Shown here: one piece after another, positions 8,520 to 17,649 of the stretch
Layout of the letters: each line of letters opens with the position of its first letter
Position numbering within the stretch: position 1 is the stretch's first letter
NCBI GenBank assembly: GCA_018302465.1
Contig: JAGVZQ010000003.1
Span: forward strand, 1-63,980
From: Candidatus Woesearchaeota archaeon
GTDB lineage: Archaea; Nanobdellota; Nanobdellia; SCGC-AAA011-G17; GW2011-AR20
DNA length: 63,980 nt
Direction of reading: 5' to 3'
Position numbers and translations under genes: made by a program
The notes under the pieces: model-generated
Databases searched by the model: none
Told to the model about the DNA's origin: nothing
The model's input: the letters and a program-made list of their open reading frames with translations, nothing else

Positions 8520-10054
8520 ATTGGACACTTCTGAAAAGGCCCAGAATATTAATCTTATTATTTTTCTTGCTCATAGCCTTATTATCAATAAATCCAAGTT
8601 TTGGAAGAGAAGGCATTGCAATAAAAAGTATTGAACCACTTAGTGATGCAGCAAATGCAGGAATAATAGTGCCTGCAAACTTAAATCCAAAAAACAGGGA
8701 AATTATCCAATCTATAAATAATGTTGAAGTAAAAGATATTGATTCATACCTTGCTGAATTAGAAAAAGTAAACTACAATAAAACTGTAAGGTTGACAACT
8801 GATAAAAATTCTTACATCATTGTAAAAAATTCTGAACATTTAGGAATATCAATTGATAAAATAGTCAATTCAAACATAAGAAAAGGTCTTGATCTAGAGG
8901 GAGGAACAAGGGTAATTCTGGAACCAGAAGAAAAGTTGACAGATGCAGAATTTACAACATTAATGCAGGTAATGGAGAACCGTCTTAATGCATATGGTCT
9001 GTCTGATGTTCCAATAAGAAAAGCATCTGATCTCTCAGGAAATAATTTTGTCATAGTTGAAGTTGCAGGAGCTACAAGAGAGGATGTTGAAGATTTAATA
9101 GCATCGCAAGGAAAGTTCGAAGCTAAAATAGGAAATGAAACAGTCTTCACAGGAAGTAAGGAAGATATAGTTTCAGTATGTAAAGATGATGGAACCTGCT
9201 CTGGCATAACCAACTGTAGACAGGCAGAAGGTGCTCAATATCAATGCACTTTTGAGTTTGCAGTTCAGTTAAGTCCTAAAGCAGCTAAAAGCCATGCAGA
9301 AGTAACTTCAAAGTTAGAAGTAAACTCAACATTTGCTAATTATCTAAGCAAACCCCTAGATCTTTATGTAGATGGAAAATACATGAGCAGTTTGCAGATA
9401 GCCTCCTCACTTAAAGGAGTGGAAGCTCCAAGGATAAGCATTAGCGGCCCTGGAGCTGGAGCAACAGAAAAAGAAGCTATAGACAACACAATAAGAGAAA
9501 TGAATTCTCTCCAGACAATATTATTGACTGGCTCTCTGCCGACAACATTGAAGATAATAGAAATAAAATCCATAAGTCCGTCTCTTGGAGAATCTTTCTT
9601 TAAGAATGCATTACTGGCAGGATTAGCAGCATTGGTTACTGTTTGCATTGTAATCTACATAAGATACAGAAGAATAAAAGTAATAATTCCCATGATAATT
9701 ACATTATTATCCGAATTATTTATAATAGTTGGTTTAGCTTCCTTATTTAAACAAAGTATTGACGTGGCAGCAATTGCAGGAATAATCGCTGCAGTAGGAA
9801 CTGGAATAGATGACCAGATAGTAATTGCAGATGAAATAATAAAAGGAGACCAGACTCCATTAAAGCAGAGTATAAAGAAAGCATTCTTCATAATTATGGT
9901 TGCTTATGTAGCAACATTTGCTTCAATGTTCCCATTATTATGGGCTGGTGCTGGCTTGTTAAAAGGATTTGCTTTAGCCACAATTGCAGGGGTTACAATA
10001 GGGGTATTCATAACTCGTCCTGCTTATGCAGCAATGTTAGAAGAAATTATGTAG
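8516..10054 (+). CDS. secD: Protein-export membrane protein SecD
   Basis: 512 aa. LDLEGGTRVILEP motif, large extracytoplasmic domain, C-terminal TM block. Confidence 0.8.
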   Translation: MNWTLLKRPRILILLFFLLIALLSINPSFGREGIAIKSIEPLSDAANAGIIVPANLNPKNREIIQSINNVEVKDIDSYLAELEKVNYNKTVRLTTDKNSYIIVKNSEHLGISIDKIVNSNIRKGLDLEGGTRVILEPEEKLTDAEFTTLMQVMENRLNAYGLSDVPIRKASDLSGNNFVIVEVAGATREDVEDLIASQGKFEAKIGNETVFTGSKEDIVSVCKDDGTCSGITNCRQAEGAQYQCTFEFAVQLSPKAAKSHAEVTSKLEVNSTFANYLSKPLDLYVDGKYMSSLQIASSLKGVEAPRISISGPGAGATEKEAIDNTIREMNSLQTILLTGSLPTTLKIIEIKSISPSLGESFFKNALLAGLAALVTVCIVIYIRYRRIKVIIPMIITLLSELFIIVGLASLFKQSIDVAAIAGIIAAVGTGIDDQIVIADEIIKGDQTPLKQSIKKAFFIIMVAYVATFASMFPLLWAGAGLLKGFALATIAGVTIGVFITRPAYAAMLEEIM

Positions 10055-10787
10055 TCCAGCTTTTTATTGCTTCATTATATGTAAATTCTGTGCCAATATC
10101 AAACCATTTATATGCTTCTCCATAAACATAAGAAAAAACTTTTTCTCTGCCAACTATCCAGGAATTAAAATCACCCATCCTGTCAAGGTTATTTCCCTCT
10201 TCTTTATATTCTTTAAATTTATGCAAAAGATGTTTTGGGAATAAATAGATACCTATAGATGCCAATGTAGACTCAGGATTTTCAGGTTTTTCTTTAAGCT
10301 CAGTAATAACATCATCATTAACCTTTACAACACCCAAGGTTTTTGCTATTTTTTTATCTTTAACGTCATAACAAACAAGTAAAGGGGCTTTTAATTCTAA
10401 GAATTTTGATATCATATTTCTTAATTTAAAATTATGCAGATTATCAGGAAAGAAAATTCCAACATCATCATTGATTTTCTCATCTTCAATTACTTTTAGA
10501 ATATCCCCGACCGTTCCTAACCTTTCTTCTGGTTTATTTGTTCCATTGTTAATTAAATGGATTTGTTTTTTAAAATTTCTAGAATCTAAATATTCTTTAA
10601 ATAAATTAAAAAAGAGATTATTTGTCACAAGATAAATTTCCATTACTTCAGGGACATTATCTAGTTTTTCTAAAGTAAAATCAATAAGCGGTTTATCATT
10701 TATCTTTAAAAGGTGTTTCGGAAGCCCATTTGTTATATTATTAGATAATCTTGTACCATAACCTGCACACCCAAGTATCACCTTCAT
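10047..10787 (-). CDS. Sugar-phosphate nucleotidyltransferase (G1P thymidylyl/uridylyltransferase-like)
   Basis: N-terminal ILGCAGYGTRL (GxGTRL) signature. Confidence 0.75.
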   Translation of the reverse strand: MKVILGCAGYGTRLSNNITNGLPKHLLKINDKPLIDFTLEKLDNVPEVMEIYLVTNNLFFNLFKEYLDSRNFKKQIHLINNGTNKPEERLGTVGDILKVIEDEKINDDVGIFFPDNLHNFKLRNMISKFLELKAPLLVCYDVKDKKIAKTLGVVKVNDDVITELKEKPENPESTLASIGIYLFPKHLLHKFKEYKEEGNNLDRMGDFNSWIVGREKVFSYVYGEAYKWFDIGTEFTYNEAIKSWTT

Positions 10788-10832
10788 GTGTATTATAATT
10801 AACAGAAATAATTTAAATGTTACTTAAAGATT

Positions 10833-10941
10833 CGCGGGGACTGGGATTTGAACCCAGATATCCTAATGGAAACCGGTTTTCACAACCCAATTCGAGATTC
10901 GCCTATAAATCCGGCGCAGTACCGAGTTGTGCCATCCCCGC
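10833..10941 (-). tRNA. Class II tRNA-Ser(CGA) with two introns: 30/31 (13 nt, 10898-10910) and 37/38 (12 nt, 10879-10890)
   Basis: Acceptor GCGGGGA/TCCCCGC with G73, T-arm CTGGG-TTCAAAT-CCCAG, 15-nt variable arm (TCC-ATTA-GGA). After removing the two segments the anticodon arm is CCGGT-CTCGAAA-ACCGG. Intron 1 BHB: CGCC/GGCG with bulges GGA/AAT. Intron 2 has bulges AAT/AAA and a central helix with a U33 mismatch. Confidence 0.65.
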
Positions 10942-10974
10942 TTGTTTTTTATAAATTTCTATAATCTTTTAATC

Positions 10975-11379
10975 ATGGATATATCCAAGCATTTGATAAT
11001 ATGTATAATTTTAACTATTTTATTATTTCCTTCTTACAGTTATTCCTCTTTTTTAGTTTTCCTCTTAGGCTTATTAATCGATATAGACCACTATTTATGG
11101 TACTCTATAAAATATAAGGATTTCAACCCCAAAAGCACTTATTTTTTCCACAAAAAAAGATTAAAATTAAAAACAGTGGACAGATTGCATATTTTCCACA
11201 CATCAGAATTCTGGTTAATAATCTTAATTTTAAGCTTAAATTACTATATTTTTCCATTAGTCATAGGTTTAGTATTCCATTTAATCATGGATTTTTCAGA
11301 AATGCCGTTAAATAGCAAAAACCTAAGATCTACATCCTTTATTTTTTGGATATACAAGAACAGCTTTAGAAACCTTTAA
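10975..11379 (+). CDS. Small polytopic membrane protein (possible YdjM/DUF457-like membrane hydrolase)
   Basis: TM-rich, LIDIDHYLW motif. Start moved to the ATG at 10975 because the track start overlaps tRNA-Ser. Confidence 0.35.
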   Translation: MDISKHLIICIILTILLFPSYSYSSFLVFLLGLLIDIDHYLWYSIKYKDFNPKSTYFFHKKRLKLKTVDRLHIFHTSEFWLIILILSLNYYIFPLVIGLVFHLIMDFSEMPLNSKNLRSTSFIFWIYKNSFRNL

Positions 11380-11403
11380 AAGACACAAAACAAGATAATT
11401 AGT

Positions 11404-11733
11404 ATGAAAAGACCCACTATTGGCTTGTCTGAAAAAGTCAAAATCCAAGGCAGGGAAGTGGCAGCTAAGGTCGATACAGGAGCAAGCAGATGTTCTATAG
11501 ATCTTAATTTAGCCGCAGTGCTTCACCTAGGTCCTATAATAGGTATAAGGGACTATAGAAACGCTCATGGCACAACAACAAGGCCTGTTATAAGGGCTAA
11601 ATTAGAAGTAGGGGGAAAAAGGTTTAATGCAATCTTCAATGTTGTGGACAGGAAAAGATTAAAATATAAGGTGTTAATAGGGGAATCTATCATAAGAAGG
11701 GGAAAATTCATTATTGATCCAATAAGAAAATGA
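11404..11733 (+). CDS. Retropepsin-like aspartic protease (RimK-associated, Zn_protease/DUF785-like)
   Basis: AKVDTGASRCSID motif. Overlaps rimK by 4 nt. Confidence 0.65.
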   Translation: MKRPTIGLSEKVKIQGREVAAKVDTGASRCSIDLNLAAVLHLGPIIGIRDYRNAHGTTTRPVIRAKLEVGGKRFNAIFNVVDRKRLKYKVLIGESIIRRGKFIIDPIRK

Positions 11734-12806
11734 AATTAGCAATACTAAGTCTTACTAGCATTAGCAGCCAGATGGTGGCTGAAAAAGCCAAGTCTTTCTT
11801 CAAAGAAGTGGATATGTTAGATATAAGAAAAGTAGAAGTCCATTTAGGCGATAAAAAAGGACCTCAAGTCATATATGACGGGAAGCCTTTAGAAGAATAT
11901 GATTGTATTTATTGCAAAGGTTCCTATAAGTACGCACTTTTAGGCAGAGGAATAACAGCAGCATTAAAAGATAAATGCTATATGCCTCTTTCTCCTGAGT
12001 CTTTTACAGTAGGCCATGATAAATTTCTTACATTAGTTAATTTACAGAAAGAAGGAATCCCAATGCCTAAAACTTATCTGGCAGGAACTGTAAAAGAAGC
12101 TAAAAAACTTATTGAAAAATCCCATTTCCCAGCTATAATAAAAATTCCTTCAGGAACTCACGGGAAAGGTGTCATGTTTGCAGATTCTGCAGAGAGCGGA
12201 AAATCAATCCTAGATGCTTTAGAGGTTTTCAAACAGCCTTACATTATTCAGGAATATGTAGAAACAGGAGCTACAGACATAAGAGTTCTGGTTCTCGGAG
12301 ATCATGTTGTTGCAGCAATGCAGAGAAAAGCCCAGAAAGGGGAGTTAAGGGCAAATATCCATTCAGGTGGAAAAGGGAAAAAAGTAAAATTAGACGCTGA
12401 TACAGAGCACTTAGCTGTAAAAAGCGCAAATGCAATTAATGCAGACATCTGCGCTATTGATGTTCTAAAAGGATTAAGGTCTTATGTTATTGAGGTTAAT
12501 GTCTCTCCAGGAATACAGGGATTAACACAAGCAACAAAAATAGATATTGCTGGAAAAATAGCAGAATTCCTCTTTGAAAAAACAAAAGAATTTAAAGCCA
12601 TGAAAACAAATAAAGATTACAAGAAAGTTATCTCAGACTTAGATGAAAAAGAGGATGAATTCTTAGCAAATTTAAACATCAAAGCAGGAATAATTAAACT
12701 GCCTGAATCCGTTACTAAAGCTACAAAGTTCAAACCTGATGACGAAGTGGTTATCAAGGTGGATAAAGGCCAGGTTATAATAAAAAAACATGATATAGGA
12801 AACTAA
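11730..12806 (+). CDS. rimK: RimK-family ATP-grasp alpha-L-glutamate ligase
   Basis: ATP-grasp pattern: PAIIKIPSGTHGKGVMF..QEYVE..DIRVLVLG..EVNVSPG. Confidence 0.8.
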   Translation: MKLAILSLTSISSQMVAEKAKSFFKEVDMLDIRKVEVHLGDKKGPQVIYDGKPLEEYDCIYCKGSYKYALLGRGITAALKDKCYMPLSPESFTVGHDKFLTLVNLQKEGIPMPKTYLAGTVKEAKKLIEKSHFPAIIKIPSGTHGKGVMFADSAESGKSILDALEVFKQPYIIQEYVETGATDIRVLVLGDHVVAAMQRKAQKGELRANIHSGGKGKKVKLDADTEHLAVKSANAINADICAIDVLKGLRSYVIEVNVSPGIQGLTQATKIDIAGKIAEFLFEKTKEFKAMKTNKDYKKVISDLDEKEDEFLANLNIKAGIIKLPESVTKATKFKPDDEVVIKVDKGQVIIKKHDIGN

Positions 12807-12807
12807 G

Positions 12808-13497
12808 ATGATCTTAGAAAACCTTAACGTCAAAATAAAAGAAATAAAAGAAGTAGCAGAACTAACAAAATCTTTTGTTCTTGAAAAGCCAGAAAACTTT
12901 GTTTATGAACCCGGCCAGCATGTTTTTATTGAGTTATCAATAGATAATGGAAAGCCTTTTTCTTTAGCTTCTTCGCCTCATGAAGATGTTTTAGAATTTG
13001 CAACAATTATAAGAGATTCAAGTGAATGGAAGCAGGAATTAAACGATAAACAAGAAGGAGATGAATTAATATTATCTGGCCCATATGGGGCATTCAAGTA
13101 TGAAGATTCTGAAAAGGATATATCTTTCATTGCTGGCGGAATAGGCATTACGCCTTTTATAGGAATTCTAAGATACTTAACAGAAAAAGAAATGGATACA
13201 AAAGTTGTCTTGCTTTATTCCAATAAAAACAGGAAAAGAACCGCTTTTAGAAAAGAGTTAGATGATTTATCTGAAAAAAATAAAAATATAAATATCATCT
13301 ATACAATGACAGATGATCCAGAATATGAAGGGAATAAAGGAAGGATTGATAAGTCATTTATTAAAAAGCATGTAGAGAATATAACCAATAAAGTTTGGTA
13401 TATTGCTGGCCCGCCTTTCATGGTTGATTCTTTTAAATTAGTGTTGAAAGAGCTTGGTGTCGAAAAAATTAAAATAGATTCATTTAAAGGCTATTAA
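12808..13497 (+). CDS. Ferredoxin-reductase-type FAD/NAD(P)-binding oxidoreductase
   Basis: PGQHVFI..FSLASSP..GGIGITPF motifs. Paralog of 25949-26641. Confidence 0.7.
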   Translation: MILENLNVKIKEIKEVAELTKSFVLEKPENFVYEPGQHVFIELSIDNGKPFSLASSPHEDVLEFATIIRDSSEWKQELNDKQEGDELILSGPYGAFKYEDSEKDISFIAGGIGITPFIGILRYLTEKEMDTKVVLLYSNKNRKRTAFRKELDDLSEKNKNINIIYTMTDDPEYEGNKGRIDKSFIKKHVENITNKVWYIAGPPFMVDSFKLVLKELGVEKIKIDSFKGY

Positions 13498-13911
13498 GAT
13501 ATTTTTGTTCAAAACCTCAGGATGATAGATATAGCCCGTAAAATTATTCTCTTTTAATTCATCTTTCTTAAAACTAAAGCTATGTAAATAATATTTATTG
13601 TCAAAAACTCCAATTCTCTTGTTTTTAATTAATTCTTTTCCTAAAATCAAGCCAATTATCTGCATCCCAGCGCAAATTCCTAAAACGGGTTTTTTAAATT
13701 CTTTCAGCCATGAAAACTTATCTAAATTTTCTAAATAATCATTATCTTTCAAAGCAGTTCCGCATATTATCACTTTATCACATTTATCTAAATCCTCTTT
13801 CTTTACTTTTCTATAATCAACAACTTTAAAGTTTTCTAATAGATCCGTAACTGGTCTGACAAACTCTTCATCATGCAGTTTCATCTTATTTACTTTAATT
13901 ACTAGTATCAT
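13480..13911 (-). CDS. Class I glutamine amidotransferase-like protein
   Basis: PVLGICAGMQIIG nucleophile-elbow motif. Confidence 0.6.
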   Translation of the reverse strand: MILVIKVNKMKLHDEEFVRPVTDLLENFKVVDYRKVKKEDLDKCDKVIICGTALKDNDYLENLDKFSWLKEFKKPVLGICAGMQIIGLILGKELIKNKRIGVFDNKYYLHSFSFKKDELKENNFTGYIYHPEVLNKNILIAFK

Positions 13912-14150
13912 TCTACTCCGCTCACCCCAAACAAAACCTTGATTTTATTCTTATTTCTGTTTCTTAAAATAAACCCCTTATTGGAAGATATAATTAATTC
14001 TTTTTTTAAAACCCATATCCTGATATAAATTCCTGTTACTAGTTTAGGGAGGAAAAATCGCTTTATCCTAATCTCCCTATTTTTATCTTCTATTTCTGTC
14101 GAAAAGAAGCTGTCATTTCCAATACCAATCTCAGTATAAATTTTTTTCAT
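13908..14150 (-). CDS. Hypothetical small protein
   Basis: ORF with 4-nt overlaps to both neighbours. No recognisable motif. Confidence 0.3.
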   Translation of the reverse strand: MKKIYTEIGIGNDSFFSTEIEDKNREIRIKRFFLPKLVTGIYIRIWVLKKELIISSNKGFILRNRNKNKIKVLFGVSGVE

Positions 14151-14740
14151 TTTCTAAACAAAGGAGATTCAACAACTTCAGATTCGTACTCTCCCCCTTC
14201 TCCATTTATATTTATTCCATACTTTTCTTTTAATTTAATCAATTCCTCAACAGCTTTTTTGTCAATTATCCTGTTAATCCACAAATCATCAAGACCATCA
14301 GCAGCAACTTTCACAATCTTAAATTTAAATCCATCTTTAATTAAATCTCTCAATAATTTTTCCTGATCCATCTGCCATAAAGGATTAAAGCACCATAAAT
14401 CTAATTCATCGCAAATTTTTTGAACTCTGGAAGCCTGATAAGTAGAAGCCACAGCTCCAGTAACAACACCTTTAATCTTAAACTCTTTCTTTGCTTTTTC
14501 TATAGTCTTTTTTAAATCCTTTAATTCCTCTTCTTTTTCTCCTTTTGTTTTAAATTTGATCAAAGAAATTTTCAATTTCTTAGCTTGTTTCTCAACTGCA
14601 TTAATTGGTGTATGAAACATATAGCTTTCTTCATTCTCAGAATCCAAAGTAATTAACACTTGAACTTCATCAGTCTTATCAGCCTTATACAAAGCATAAT
14701 TACTATCCTTCCCACCGGAAAATAAAACACCTAGTTTCAT
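14147..14740 (-). CDS. Dph6-like ATP pyrophosphatase (diphthine-ammonia ligase / MJ0570 family)
   Basis: MKLGVLFSGGKDSNYAL PP-loop motif. About 197 aa. Confidence 0.75.
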   Translation of the reverse strand: MKLGVLFSGGKDSNYALYKADKTDEVQVLITLDSENEESYMFHTPINAVEKQAKKLKISLIKFKTKGEKEEELKDLKKTIEKAKKEFKIKGVVTGAVASTYQASRVQKICDELDLWCFNPLWQMDQEKLLRDLIKDGFKFKIVKVAADGLDDLWINRIIDKKAVEELIKLKEKYGININGEGGEYESEVVESPLFRK

Positions 14741-14830
14741 AATATATTTTATAGAAGATACTTTTTTAAATCTAACTCTAGAAGTAGGTGTCTACATTTT
14801 ATATAGTTTTTGTTTTTTGTAGACCCCTAT

Positions 14831-15475
14831 TCAAACACCTAAAAACTCAGGCAATTCAGCAACAGATTTCAACACAGCAACAGGGTTATATTCTAGTAAA
14901 CTCTTCTTGCTATAATGCCCTGTTAATACTCCTATAGATTTAACTTTTGCATGTTTGGCAGCCATTAAATCATAAATAGAGTCTCCAATCATGTATTCTG
15001 GTTTATGTTTCAATAGTTTCTCAACTTTAATAATTTCATCTGGATAAGGTTTTGAATGCTTGACTTCATCACTTCCAACTATTAATTTAAAATACCTAGA
15101 GCTTAATCCGCTCCCCTTTAATAAGTAGTTAATATCCTTATGTCTTGTATTTGAAAGAACCGCTATATTATACTTATTTTTTATTATATTAAGCATCTCT
15201 TCAACCCCATTAACTTTTTTTGCATATCTATAGGTTTTCCTTACAAGATGGCTATGATGCAGTTTCAATAGCTCACATATTTCTTCAGTAGACTCCCCCT
15301 CTGTTAAAAGTTTAGCTATCTCAAATTTAGGCCTTCCAAATAACCTGACTAGTTTAGCATGCTCCCACATCTTATACCCCATTTTTCTTAAAGCATAATT
15401 ATAAGCTTCCATATGGGACCTATCAGAGAGTATTAATGTGTTATCAAGATCAAAACAGATTAATTTCTTAGACAT
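14831..15475 (-). CDS. HAD-superfamily hydrolase (phosphatase)
   Basis: CFDLDNTL motif I. ..GDSIYD motif. Start set at the internal ATG (MSKKLICFDLDNTL). Confidence 0.8.
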   Translation of the reverse strand: MSKKLICFDLDNTLILSDRSHMEAYNYALRKMGYKMWEHAKLVRLFGRPKFEIAKLLTEGESTEEICELLKLHHSHLVRKTYRYAKKVNGVEEMLNIIKNKYNIAVLSNTRHKDINYLLKGSGLSSRYFKLIVGSDEVKHSKPYPDEIIKVEKLLKHKPEYMIGDSIYDLMAAKHAKVKSIGVLTGHYSKKSLLEYNPVAVLKSVAELPEFLGV

Positions 15476-15509
15476 TTTATATGGATAGAATCTAATTAAT
15501 ATATAAACC

Positions 15510-16361
15510 TTAGTATGTAAGTATAAAATTAATAACACCTAATGCAAATAAAATCAATAATACTCCAAGAGCAATCATAACTAATCCAGCAGCAAGTCTC
15601 ATCCATTTCTTTCCTTCCTGCTTCATTTCCTTTATTTTTTTAATATTCATTCCAAAATAAACTAAAGCCAGTATTACAATTAAAGGCAGTACAAATATGA
15701 AGTTATATAATAACAGATAAGATACAATAGTGGCATCAAAGCCAATTTTAGATAATAATGTTGTAATGGTTAAATAAGGTCCTCCAGTACAGGGCAGTTC
15801 AACTCCAGCAACAAATACCCCTAAGAAAATAGTTCCAGGTATAGTTAAATGCTTCATAGATTTTTTTATTTTTTCAGCGTGTTTTGGAGAAATACTCAAT
15901 GAAAATCCCTTTCCATACCAGAAAAAATCCTTAACCTCTATCAATCCCCCAATTATGACAATTACAGCAACAATAATCCCAATTAAATTCGCTACTGCTA
16001 TAGACCCTAACAAAGGCAAATCAATTATAGAAGCGCCTATATTCTGTAAGAAAAATAATAGTCCAATACCCGCTAAGAAATAAGTGACATAAACAGCTAT
16101 TATGTATATAGATCCAGTAAACAACATCTTTCCTTTGTCTTTGGATAAAAACAATAAAGTTCCAATCAGCAATATCAAAACACCAATAGCGCAGGGATTT
16201 ATACTGTCTACTAAAGCAGTCAAAATAACAACAGGTAAGGTAGGTAATTGTATGTTTGTTATAGCATTACCAGTCAATCCATTTATGCTATTGCCTAATA
16301 AGAATCCAAAAAATGCAAGAACCATCCCTATTACATATTCTGATTTATTCATAATGTACAA
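15510..16361 (-). CDS. ccdA: CcdA/DsbD-family thiol-disulfide electron transporter
   Basis: Polytopic. DSINPCAIGVL and ELPCTGGP motifs. Confidence 0.75.
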   Translation of the reverse strand: MYIMNKSEYVIGMVLAFFGFLLGNSINGLTGNAITNIQLPTLPVVILTALVDSINPCAIGVLILLIGTLLFLSKDKGKMLFTGSIYIIAVYVTYFLAGIGLLFFLQNIGASIIDLPLLGSIAVANLIGIIVAVIVIIGGLIEVKDFFWYGKGFSLSISPKHAEKIKKSMKHLTIPGTIFLGVFVAGVELPCTGGPYLTITTLLSKIGFDATIVSYLLLYNFIFVLPLIVILALVYFGMNIKKIKEMKQEGKKWMRLAAGLVMIALGVLLILFALGVINFILTY

Positions 16362-16714
16362 CCGCTCTTTTCAGCTAAAACTTCAAATTGCTGAACTCCA
16401 ATCAGTCTTTCTCCATTAGGAAAATCCCATGTAGGATATTTATCCACTTCTTTTTCAATACACAACTCTGCCTGTGAATCATCCCCTCTAGGATCGCATT
16501 CTACATAAACTCCATCTTTTATAATATCATAAGAGCTTCCAAACATCTTTTGTTGCTTGGCACAGTTAGGGCACCAAAAAGCTCCATACTCCTTAACTCC
16601 TTTTTCTTTTAAACAGGAAGCTAAACCATCTAATTGCTCTTTTGTATAATCACTCCCACTACATCCAGAAATAACTAAGATTACAATTAATAAGATTCCA
16701 AGTAAAACTTTCAT
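16349..16714 (-). CDS. Secreted thioredoxin-like lipoprotein (CxxC)
   Basis: Lipobox VISGCSG, YGAFWCPNCAKQ active site. Its ATG overlaps the VKOR stop (ATGA). Confidence 0.7.
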   Translation of the reverse strand: MKVLLGILLIVILVISGCSGSDYTKEQLDGLASCLKEKGVKEYGAFWCPNCAKQQKMFGSSYDIIKDGVYVECDPRGDDSQAELCIEKEVDKYPTWDFPNGERLIGVQQFEVLAEKSGCTL

Positions 16715-17190
16715 TTCTTCCCCCCTTTCATTAGAATGTATGAAACTACCAATGTTGTAATTATTAATATATCCCCCATTAAACAAAAAATACAAAAACT
16801 ATACAATACAAATGCTTCAATATAAATTAAATATAAAGCAAACAACAAGCTAGCAGCAGAAATCCAGAATATAAGTTTAATCATTAATTCACTATTTACA
16901 CTTAAACTATTTATTTTGGTTTTAAAATTATTCAAGGATAAACTGCTCAAAATCAAAACTCCGATAAATGTCAATGCTCCTAACAAAGAAACTGGAATTC
17001 CAATTATTTCAGAGTATATACTCTTGTTAACAATATCGCAGTTAAAACCTTCTCCCAAATTACAAAACTTGCTATCTGTAGGCTTATAGTGCAAGTACAA
17101 TAGATAAGAAAAAACTAGCACAGCTAAAATAGAACAAGCTATAATAATTTTCAAACCCTTTTTCTTATCCATAAATTTATAGTGATTCAT
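16711..17190 (-). CDS. Vitamin K epoxide reductase (VKOR) family protein
   Basis: 4-5 TM. Loop cysteines CNLGEGFNCD, SEIIGIPVSLLG, C-terminal CIFC. Confidence 0.75.
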   Translation of the reverse strand: MNHYKFMDKKKGLKIIIACSILAVLVFSYLLYLHYKPTDSKFCNLGEGFNCDIVNKSIYSEIIGIPVSLLGALTFIGVLILSSLSLNNFKTKINSLSVNSELMIKLIFWISAASLLFALYLIYIEAFVLYSFCIFCLMGDILIITTLVVSYILMKGGKK

Positions 17191-17249
17191 TTATTTAAAT
17201 AAGTTCTTATAATCAAAACCAATATAAAACTTGTTTATTATCTAATCTC

Positions 17250-17618
17250 ATGAAAAAATATTCTCAAATCTTAAAATCAAAGAAGTATAAAAGAGGTAAA
17301 GATTTATGCGGTTACAAGCCCATTTACATAATTAAAAATATAAAAACAATAAAAGCCAGATCCTGGAATGAAGATGATATAAAACTCGATCCAAAAGGCT
17401 ATTTTTTGATAAGAATCCATAAAAACAGAATCCAGGTAGGATTAGTAAATAAAAAAAATGAAATGATCAAGATAATAGAAGGAAAAAAAGCAACAGATAT
17501 CCTTCATGAAATAATAAAAAGAAAAATGATTTCAAGACTGGACCATGCATATTATATGGGTATAAAACTGGAAAGAGCTGAATATTGCTTAAAAAATAAA
17601 AAGAATTTTATTCAATAA
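17250..17618 (+). CDS. Conserved hypothetical protein (DUF4346-like?)
   Basis: DPKGYFLI...LDHAYYMGIKLERAE resembles DUF4346. This is a weak call. Confidence 0.3.
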   Translation: MKKYSQILKSKKYKRGKDLCGYKPIYIIKNIKTIKARSWNEDDIKLDPKGYFLIRIHKNRIQVGLVNKKNEMIKIIEGKKATDILHEIIKRKMISRLDHAYYMGIKLERAEYCLKNKKNFIQ

Positions 17619-17649
17619 ATATATAAACTAAAAAGAAATCTAATTCTTA

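Noticed and set aside
10927-10974. Upstream start of ORF 10927-11379 (MCHPRLFF...)
   Set aside because: It overlaps the 5' end of tRNA-Ser on the opposite strand. The internal ATG at 10975 precedes the first TM helix.
14770-14830. Imperfect inverted repeat GGTGTCTAC-N27-GTAGACCCC between the HAD and Dph6 genes
   Set aside because: It is short with one mismatch and a long loop, and it lies in an ordinary terminator/promoter spacer. There is not enough evidence to call it a regulatory element.
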